From sequence record SRR22947725_1507: a stretch of DNA of 47,989 bases, one strand, 5' to 3'. The notes below the pieces were generated by a model that was not told where the DNA came from, searched no databases, and saw only the letters and a list, made by a program, of their open reading frames with translations. Shown piece by piece: positions 21,640 to 28,810 of the stretch. Numbering within the stretch: the stretch's first letter is position 1; every line of letters starts with the position of its first letter. Both the position numbers and the translations under genes were made by a program.

Positions 21640-23247
21640 TTACATTCTAAAAACACCAAAGGCATCGCTACCCTCAATGGGAGCGCTATAGATAGTAGCC
21701 AAAGAAAGACTCAAGTGTTTACGTGTATCTCTAGGGTCAATAACCCCATCATCCCATAGTTCTGAAGTTGCGTGCCAAACACTAGCCTTTTGGGTTGCAT
21801 CTTGATACATGGCGTCTTTCTCCTTTTTAAGCTGTTTTTCGTCTATTGCTTTGTTAAGTGATGCCGCCGATTGCCGCTTTACAATTTCCATTACACCAGA
21901 GATCTGTTCGGCACCCATGACACCTGATTGAACATTGGGGTAGGAGAATAAAAAACGGGGTTGAAACGATCTTCCACACATGGCGTAGTTTCCAGCTCCA
22001 TAGGAGTTGCCGATAAGCAAGCTTATATGAGGAACCGTGCTTCCAGAAACAGCATGGATTAGTTGTGCACCACTATTAATCATGCCATTTTGTTCATGGC
22101 GTTTGCCTACCATAAAACCAGTGGTGTTATGAATAAATAGGAGGGGAGTATTCGATTTATTTGCAAGCTGTATAAACTGTGTTGCTTTTTGAGCAGCTTC
22201 AGCAAAAATGACTCCGTTGTTCGCAATTACGCCAACCTTATAGCCGTTAATGTTTGTCCAACAGCAAACCATAGTAATGCCGTAATTCGCTTTAAATTCG
22301 GTAAACTGTGAGTTGTCAACTACCCGAACGAGTAGTTCACGTACATCAAAAGGTTTTTTCAGATTGACAGGGACGATACCTAGCAGTTCCTCTGCGCTAA
22401 ATCTTGGGGGAACTATTGGTAATGATGGTGCAGCATAAGGCTGTGCTGGCTTTAAAGTTTTGACTACATCACGTGCAATACTGATAGCGTCCTGTTCATC
22501 ATCAGCTAAAAAATCTGCTACACCGGAGATACGGCTGTGCATCATTGCACCTCCAAGCTCTTCGTCATTTGCAATTTCATTGGTTGCCATTTTCACTAAA
22601 GGGGGTCCAGCCAAAAACACTTTTGCAGTATTCTTTTGCATGATGGTGTAGTCTGACATTCCGGGTACATATGCACCTCCAGCAGTAGCATTTCCAAAGA
22701 CGACAGAAATTGTTGGGATGCCCAGTTTTGAACGTCTCGACATTTCTCTAAATGAGGCGCCATAATTATTAAAAACCCTGTCTTGATCAGGAAGGTTTGC
22801 ACCACCACTCTCTACAAGGTTTATGGTTGGCAATTTGTTTTCAAGTGCAATTTCACCAAGACGAACTATTTTTAGGCTTGTTGCATAGTCTACAGCACCG
22901 CCTTTTCGTGTACCAAGATTAGCATTGATAAGGCATAAGCGTTTATTTACATAACCAATCCCTGCAACTGTGGTGCCGCCTGGGCCAAAGCCTCCTTGAT
23001 GTAACAGTCCCACAAGTGGCATTAGCTCTAAAAATGGGCTGTCTGTGTCAAGAAGTAAAGTAATTCGTTCACGAGCAAGAAATTTTCCCCGTTTTCTTGC
23101 ACGGGAAATAGATGCTTCACTTCCTTGATGATGGCTTTTGCCTAAATGTTCTTGTAATTCTTGAACCAAGCGCTCCATTTCGGAATAATTCTCCTTATAG
23201 CTTGCTTTTTTGGTATTCACAACAGATTTAAACGGTTTCAATGGCAT
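21640..23247 (-). CDS. Acyl-CoA carboxylase carboxyltransferase (beta) subunit, MccB/AtuC-like
   Basis: LARERI, VESGGANLP, TAGGAY, GAGNYAMCGR, DDGVIDPRDTR and FGVFRM motifs. Confidence 0.9.
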   Translation of the reverse strand: MPLKPFKSVVNTKKASYKENYSEMERLVQELQEHLGKSHHQGSEASISRARKRGKFLARERITLLLDTDSPFLELMPLVGLLHQGGFGPGGTTVAGIGYVNKRLCLINANLGTRKGGAVDYATSLKIVRLGEIALENKLPTINLVESGGANLPDQDRVFNNYGASFREMSRRSKLGIPTISVVFGNATAGGAYVPGMSDYTIMQKNTAKVFLAGPPLVKMATNEIANDEELGGAMMHSRISGVADFLADDEQDAISIARDVVKTLKPAQPYAAPSLPIVPPRFSAEELLGIVPVNLKKPFDVRELLVRVVDNSQFTEFKANYGITMVCCWTNINGYKVGVIANNGVIFAEAAQKATQFIQLANKSNTPLLFIHNTTGFMVGKRHEQNGMINSGAQLIHAVSGSTVPHISLLIGNSYGAGNYAMCGRSFQPRFLFSYPNVQSGVMGAEQISGVMEIVKRQSAASLNKAIDEKQLKKEKDAMYQDATQKASVWHATSELWDDGVIDPRDTRKHLSLSLATIYSAPIEGSDAFGVFRM

Positions 23248-23381
23248 AGGTGTTACGCTTGTAAAAGTACAAACTTGCTTTAACTTCTACCCAATCATAG
23301 AATGTTATACCTTTGAATTATTAAAAATAATATTATACAATCACCTGTTTTAAAAATTGTATTGCTCCAAATAGTTGAATT

Positions 23382-23522
23382 ATGAATAAAGATCAATCCA
23401 TCGCTACTCTCTTAGAAGTGTTACATAACCGTATCGAAAACGGTATTTATAAGGATGCAGTTCATAAAATTACACTTATGACTACGCTCCAAACGATAGA
23501 GCGGATGTTAGCGGGCAAATAA
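23382..23522 (+). CDS. 46-aa hypothetical small protein (not in ORF track)
   Basis: MNKDQSIATLLEVLHNRIENGIYKDAVHKITLMTTLQTIERMLAGK*; -7 element TACCTTTG at 23308-23315. Confidence 0.6.
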   Translation: MNKDQSIATLLEVLHNRIENGIYKDAVHKITLMTTLQTIERMLAGK

Positions 23523-23545
23523 GTTGAAAAAACTATATTTGATTT

Positions 23546-24376
23546 GTGGAAACATTAATCGCATACTTTGAATCAATTCCTTCCTTACACCGAAGTCTTA
23601 TTTTGGTTGGGGGAATAAGTTTTTTTTGGTTCTTGGAAGGCTTGGTACCTTTGAGGAAGCTCAACTACAGCAAGTGGAAACATGCTATTCCCAATATGTT
23701 TTTCACATTGACATCTGTTTTAGTTAACTTTTTATTGGCTTTTTTATTCCTAGCTGCTGCCGATTGGACGCAGTATCAGGAGTTTGGACTCCTGTACCTT
23801 GTTGACCTACCATTTTGGTTGTTTGTGCTGCTAGGGGTAATGCTACTAGATCTAATAGGTGCTTATATGGTACATTGGGTAGTACATCGCGTTAAGCCCC
23901 TGTGGAAGGTGCATTTGGTACACCACTCAGACCAACATGTTGATACGACCACGGCAAACCGCCACCACCCACTTGAAAGTTTGGCGCGGTTTATTTTTAC
24001 ATTATTCGGAGTTATTCTTATTGGTGCGCCTATAGGCGTTGTTATGCTGTATCAGGCGCTTTCTGTAGTACTTACGCAATTTAATCACGCTAACATTCAA
24101 TTTCCAAAGCGAATTGACGCCATTCTAAGCTATGTGCTTGTAACGCCTCATATGCACAAGGTGCATCACCATCATGTTTTGCCTTATACAGACAGTAATT
24201 TCGGTAATATTTTTGCAATTTGGGATCGAGTATTTGGTACTTATAAAACACTATCTGCAGAACGTATTGTTTATGGGGTAGACGTGTTCCCAAATGAGCA
24301 AGAAAATAGCAGGATTGGTTCATTGCTCAAACTGCCGTTTCAACCCTATCAAAAACCTACTTCACACCCTGAATAA
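23546..24376 (+). CDS. Sterol desaturase / fatty acid hydroxylase family
   Basis: His boxes HWVVH, HLVHH, RHHP, FNHAN and HKVHH plus TM helices; -7 element at 23534-23541. Confidence 0.9.
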   Translation: METLIAYFESIPSLHRSLILVGGISFFWFLEGLVPLRKLNYSKWKHAIPNMFFTLTSVLVNFLLAFLFLAAADWTQYQEFGLLYLVDLPFWLFVLLGVMLLDLIGAYMVHWVVHRVKPLWKVHLVHHSDQHVDTTTANRHHPLESLARFIFTLFGVILIGAPIGVVMLYQALSVVLTQFNHANIQFPKRIDAILSYVLVTPHMHKVHHHHVLPYTDSNFGNIFAIWDRVFGTYKTLSAERIVYGVDVFPNEQENSRIGSLLKLPFQPYQKPTSHPE

Positions 24377-24494
24377 AGAGGTGCATTACAAATGCATTTT
24401 TCATAGTTCCAAGAGGCACTTCTTTTACTTTTAAGCACGATCCACTTTTAGTTAATAATAATTTAGTTAAATTGTATCATATTAATTCATCGTA

Positions 24495-24668
24495 ATGAAG
24501 TTTTTAAACACCTATTATCCTATCATTTTAGCTTTTTTAAGCTTTGTATACTCTGTGTATTTATGGTTTACAGGAAATGAACTTGAAGGTATTTATGTTG
24601 GTCTTTGGCCGATCACTATCCTTGGTTTTTCTATTGCAATACGACAAAGACGAAAAGATGACAAATAG
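24495..24668 (+). CDS. 57-aa two-TM small membrane protein (not in ORF track)
   Basis: MKFLNTYYPIILAFLSFVYSVYLWFTGNELEGIYVGLWPITILGFSIAIRQRRKDDK*; helical hairpin with basic tail. Confidence 0.75.
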   Translation: MKFLNTYYPIILAFLSFVYSVYLWFTGNELEGIYVGLWPITILGFSIAIRQRRKDDK

Positions 24669-24849
24669 TATCATGTTTTTTATCGGATTGACTATTGTAA
24701 TCATCTACACATTTTTTCTGCTTGGCATCATTTTAAAACAGCGCAAGACTTCAAAAAGAAAACCTATGCTAGAATTTGATGTAGAGGATCTTGATGGTAT
24801 GGGCAACCAGGGTAGGGTTCCGACTAAGGAGCCAAAGAACCGCGCGTAG
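24658..24849 (+). CDS. 63-aa single-TM small protein
   Basis: ATG 24658 overlaps the previous gene end: MTNSIMFFIG...DLDGMGNQGRVP. The ORF-track start at 24544 is likely an over-extension. Confidence 0.7.
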   Translation: MTNSIMFFIGLTIVIIYTFFLLGIILKQRKTSKRKPMLEFDVEDLDGMGNQGRVPTKEPKNRA

Positions 24850-24875
24850 TTTTCAACAACCTTACAACCCAGCGC

Positions 24876-24946
24876 TTTGTTATTTGATTTGATTGTCATT
24901 TTAACAATGCGCGTAGTGTTAAAATAGTCTTATAATCAAATACAAA
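24876..24946. repeat. Long imperfect inverted repeat
   Basis: TTTG(T)TATTTGATT/AATCAAATACAAA outer arms and ATTTTAACA/TGTTAAAAT inner arms around a 10-nt loop. Confidence 0.7.
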
Positions 24947-24970
24947 CTTTTCAAAAGTGTCAGGGTCTAA
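24943..24970 (+). promoter_or_regulatory. Putative ECF-sigma promoter for the sulfatase
   Basis: CAAACTT-N16-TCTAA resembles the sigmaE-type GGAACTT-N16-TCnAA; 15 nt before the ATG. Confidence 0.4.
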
Positions 24971-24985
24971 TTTTAATATTAGTTA

Positions 24986-26284
24986 ATGAAGACAAATATC
25001 TTTTTAGTGTTCTTGTCCATATGTCTTTTGTCTTGTGGTAGCGAATCTAGTTCTGTTGAGAGTGAAACCCCAGAATCGATAACCCCACCAAATATACTCC
25101 TCATTATTACTGACGATATGGGTAAAGACGCCACTCCAAATTATCCTGAGGGCACTCAAAAGCCACAGATGCCACATCTTCAAAACCTAATCAATAGCGG
25201 AATTACATTTGACAATGTTTGGGCTTACTCAGTTTGTTCGCCAACTAGAGCTGCTATATTAACAGGTAAATATGGGTATCATACTGGAGTGTTGGAGGTA
25301 GAACAAGATATATCATTGAGTGAGGTATCCCTTCACGATTATATCGATACACAAAGTCCATACGATTATGATACCGCATTAATTGGTAAATGGCATCTTT
25401 CAAATGTAGTGACAGATCCAAATACTATGGGGATTGATTATTATTCTGGTATTTTGGGTGGCGGTGTGTCTTCCTATACCAATTGGATGAACGTTACCAA
25501 TGGAACTCGAAATAATAATACAGAATATGTAACAACCCAGTTAACAGACACAGCCATAAATTGGATTAATCAGCGAGAGAAGCCTTGGTTTCTTTGGTTG
25601 GCATATAATGCACCACACACACCATTTCATCTAGCGCCAACAGAATTACACCAACAAGGGAGTTTACCAATAGACGCTGCTAGTATTGATTCAAATCCAT
25701 TGCCATATTATTTTTCTGCAATTGAAGCAATTGATCACGAGATGGGTCGTCTGATAGAATCACTACCTGGGGGTTTTGAAAATACACTAATTATTTTTTT
25801 AGGGGATAATGGTTCTCCTGGAGCAGTCGTTCAAACGCCTTACACCCGCAGACGCACAAAGGGAAGCATTTATCAGGGTGGAATTAATGTACCTATGATT
25901 GTTGCAGGGAATGGAGTTAATCATAAAGGGGTACGTGAGGAAGCGTTAATTCATGTAACAGATATATTTTCAACTATCGCTAATGCTTCAGGAGTAAAAA
26001 CACCTAATATTTACAACAGTCAAAGTTTTTATTCCTTATTCTCAAATACAAATGATTCACCCAGAACTACTGTTTATACAGAGAAATCTAGTGATAATGC
26101 TATAAGTTACACATTAAGAGATGCACAATTTAAACTTATTGTAACAGCCGATGGATCGGAAGAGCTGTATGATTTGGTAAACGATGCCTATGAATCTACA
26201 AACCTTCTAAATAGTACATTAACTGATAAAGCTGCTATTGCTTTAGAGAACCTTAGAACAGAAGCGATTAGAATCCGAAGCTAG
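24986..26284 (+). CDS. Formylglycine-dependent (S1) sulfatase, lipoprotein
   Basis: Lipobox LLSC; PNILLIITDDMG; CSPTR (CxPxR); GKWHL; APHTP; GDNG. Confidence 0.92.
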   Translation: MKTNIFLVFLSICLLSCGSESSSVESETPESITPPNILLIITDDMGKDATPNYPEGTQKPQMPHLQNLINSGITFDNVWAYSVCSPTRAAILTGKYGYHTGVLEVEQDISLSEVSLHDYIDTQSPYDYDTALIGKWHLSNVVTDPNTMGIDYYSGILGGGVSSYTNWMNVTNGTRNNNTEYVTTQLTDTAINWINQREKPWFLWLAYNAPHTPFHLAPTELHQQGSLPIDAASIDSNPLPYYFSAIEAIDHEMGRLIESLPGGFENTLIIFLGDNGSPGAVVQTPYTRRRTKGSIYQGGINVPMIVAGNGVNHKGVREEALIHVTDIFSTIANASGVKTPNIYNSQSFYSLFSNTNDSPRTTVYTEKSSDNAISYTLRDAQFKLIVTADGSEELYDLVNDAYESTNLLNSTLTDKAAIALENLRTEAIRIRS

Positions 26285-26501
26285 TGGTTCTAATGTAATT
26301 CGTAGCACTTTACTACTTACGATTACAAACTATACTTGTTGGCTTATCTACCTGCATAGAATAAGGAAAACTCTTTTGCATCAGTTATGCTAACTCATAC
26401 TACATTTTTACTTAGGCCTGATGTGTGCTATGCGTTTTCAGGACTTTTAACTCCCTTATTCTATTCTGGAATTATTAATTTAGTGTCATTAAAACAAAAC
26501 G

Positions 26502-27068
26502 ATGTATAAATTAATTTTACTTTTCACTGTCCTACTAATACTCTCATGTTCAGAAGATAATAGCAATCAACAACAAGAACAACAACCGGTAGTAGTTCAG
26601 GAAACTGTGGAAGTATATTTATTAAATAGCCTTAATGACTCAAGAGGTTATTGCATCGATATGATGGGTTATAAAACGGATGCCGATGCAACTAAATCAT
26701 TACAAGCACATTCGTGTTATTCATATCAAGGTGAAATTTCAGTAGATCAGGGTTTTGATAAAGCTAGAATTCTTAGTGAGGAATTTTACATCCCCCATTT
26801 TAATACGTGTATGGAAGCAGATAAAATTGAACCTTCATCATCGTTAAAGTTAAGCAGTTGTGACACTAATGATAAACAAAAATTCATACTTCAAAGCGAT
26901 GGAAAAATTCAGCCTAAAAATGATTTGAGCTTATGCCTAACTGTTTCGGAGAATTATAGAGAAGGCGGAGGTGGAAACCCTGTTCACTTAATTCGAAATT
27001 TGACTTTGGATAATTGTGATGAAACGTTTTCATCCAGACAAAAATGGGGCATTCGAAAAACCAATTGA
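26502..27068 (+). CDS. Ricin B-type (beta-trefoil) lectin lipoprotein
   Basis: Lipobox ILSC; three Cys-pair repeats (YCID..HSC, TCME..SSC..QKF, LCLT..DNC..QKW). Confidence 0.75.
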   Translation: MYKLILLFTVLLILSCSEDNSNQQQEQQPVVVQETVEVYLLNSLNDSRGYCIDMMGYKTDADATKSLQAHSCYSYQGEISVDQGFDKARILSEEFYIPHFNTCMEADKIEPSSSLKLSSCDTNDKQKFILQSDGKIQPKNDLSLCLTVSENYREGGGGNPVHLIRNLTLDNCDETFSSRQKWGIRKTN

Positions 27069-27083
27069 TAGAATAGTTTTTTC

Positions 27084-27107
27084 ATAGGTTAATTTAACCT
27101 AACTTTG
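27084..27107 (+). promoter_or_regulatory. DtxR/IdeR-like operator overlapping a -7 promoter element
   Basis: Perfect 8-1-8 palindrome TAGGTTAA-T-TTAACCTA (27085-27101) and TAACTTTG at 27100-27107. Confidence 0.55.
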
Positions 27108-27111
27108 CATT

Positions 27112-27181
27112 TCCTAAATGAAGAGGTTGAATTGAAAAGCTATGGTTGGCTCTCTTTTCGACCTTTTCGCTTTTTATAGGA
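27112..27181 (+). ncRNA. Candidate structured small RNA (or terminator hairpin)
   Basis: 12-bp stem 27120-27131/27157-27168 with two G-U pairs, an inner stem, then GCTTTTT; directly downstream of the orphan promoter. Confidence 0.35.
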
Positions 27182-27343
27182 TTAGTTCTTCACCACCTAA
27201 TACGTTAGCTCTTCGTTATTTGACTTGTCTGTTGCTTTTACGATATATGTAGCTGTAGACAGGTGCTCCACCAGTATAGCGTTTCTCTCCTTGCCCAAAT
27301 CCAATCACAGGTACAATAAGCAGTATTAAAAGTAATTTTTAAT
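27182..27343 (-). pseudogene. Collapsed remnant of a T9SS-secreted protein gene
   Basis: KLLLILLIVPVIGFGQGEKRY with no valid start codon, joined out of frame to VEHLSTATYIVKATDKSNNEELTY*VVKN*. Confidence 0.7.
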
Positions 27344-27415
27344 TATTTATGTTTTAATAAATATATCTAGCGTAATATGTATGTTGCAATAGGTCAGTTT
27401 ATACGTAACTACAAG

Positions 27416-28810
27416 TTACTTTCCAATACAGAAATTAGCAAAAATGTTACCAAGAATGTCATCTGTTGTGACTTCTCCTGTAATGGTGCCGAGTTCATGT
27501 AAAGACTGACGAATATCAATTGCCAACAAGTCGCTACTGCGGTTTTCCACAATGCCTTGGGTAACCTCGTTGATGCTTTTAAATGCGGCTTGCAGTGCAA
27601 CCCAATGCCGTTGATTACTCACCAATGCACTTCCAGTATTCCATTGCATTTGCGAGCTAAAGCGTTCAGTAAGCATATCAATTCCTTCTCCAGTTTTGGT
27701 GCTGATCGCAATAGAATCAAAAACAAGCGAGTCGGTTTTTAACGCCAGCAATTCATCCATATAGTTCTGAAGAGTTTCTTGTTCAATAAGATCTTTTTTA
27801 TTGAGCACCAAAAGTAATGTGCAATCTTCTCTATGAAGCTCCTTTAAGGCTTTGTTGGTTTCTTCAGGAGTTTGTGTCGTAGGGTCTACCACATAAACAA
27901 GAATTCGTGCTTTCTCAATCTTTTCTTTGGTACGTTTTACGCCCATGGCTTCAATGGTGTCGGATGTTTTCCGAAGGCCAGCAGTATCTATAAAGCGGTA
28001 TTGAATGCCTCCAATGCTAAGGGTGTCTTCAATGCTATCTCGAGTCGTCCCTGCAATAGCTGAAACCAAGGCCTTTTCTTCTTGTAGTAGGGCGTTTAGT
28101 AAGGATGATTTACCCGCATTGGGCTTCCCAATTAATGCTACTGGGATTCCGTTTTTCAGTGCGTTGCCCGTAGCAAATGAGTCCAATAAATTTTTTAGGG
28201 TTTCACGAATTTCACCAACCAAATGGTTTAATTGTTTTCTATCCGCAAAAGCAACATCTTCTTCGCTAAAATCCAATTCTAATTCAATTAGCGATGCAAA
28301 TTCTAGAAGTCGTTCTCGAAGCTGTCCCAAGCTGGTGCTGATTCCACCACGCAAATGTTGTACCGCAATATGATGCGCTGCTTCCGATTCTGAAGCGATA
28401 AGATCTGCCACGGCTTCCGCTTGGGCTAAATCCATCTTTTTGTTTAAAAAGGCACGGAGTGTAAACTCACCGGGTTCTGCCAATCGTGCTCCTAAATCTT
28501 GTAGCGTTTGAAGGATTTGTTGTTGTACATAAACCGATCCGTGGCATGAAATCTCAATCACATCTTCACTGGTGTATGTGTTTGGGTTTTTGAAAATAGA
28601 AACCAATACTTCATCGAGGATTTTGGTGTTTTGATAAAAATCACCCAATAATACCTGATGGCTTTTTTGTAGGGCAACTTTTTTCCCAAATCGTGATTTA
28701 AAAACCTGTTCAGCAATCGAAATAGCACGGTCGCCACTTAGCCGTATAACAGCAATGGCGGCACTTCCTGGCGCCGTAGAAAGCGCTACTATGGTGTCGT
28801 TAATGTTCAA
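27416..28810 (-). CDS. mnmE: tRNA modification GTPase MnmE
   Basis: DTIVALST, GEFTLRAFLN, GKPNAGKSS, GTTRD, DTAG, NKKD and terminal FCIGK. Confidence 0.98.
   Translation of the reverse strand: MNINDTIVALSTAPGSAAIAVIRLSGDRAISIAEQVFKSRFGKKVALQKSHQVLLGDFYQNTKILDEVLVSIFKNPNTYTSEDVIEISCHGSVYVQQQILQTLQDLGARLAEPGEFTLRAFLNKKMDLAQAEAVADLIASESEAAHHIAVQHLRGGISTSLGQLRERLLEFASLIELELDFSEEDVAFADRKQLNHLVGEIRETLKNLLDSFATGNALKNGIPVALIGKPNAGKSSLLNALLQEEKALVSAIAGTTRDSIEDTLSIGGIQYRFIDTAGLRKTSDTIEAMGVKRTKEKIEKARILVYVVDPTTQTPEETNKALKELHREDCTLLLVLNKKDLIEQETLQNYMDELLALKTDSLVFDSIAISTKTGEGIDMLTERFSSQMQWNTGSALVSNQRHWVALQAAFKSINEVTQGIVENRSSDLLAIDIRQSLHELGTITGEVTTDDILGNIFANFCIGK

Noticed and set aside
23281-23305. Possible att copy of the mnmE 3' end
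   Set aside because: Only a loose CCAAT..AGAA resemblance, consistent with chance.
26387-26509. 40-aa ORF MLTHTTFLLRP... overlapping the lectin start
   Set aside because: No recognisable motif or promoter; likely a chance ORF.
24876-27181. Intergenic hairpins as integron attC sites
   Set aside because: The TTTTAAC/GTTAAAA pair is only ~12 nt apart, the hairpins share no sequence, and no IntI is present.
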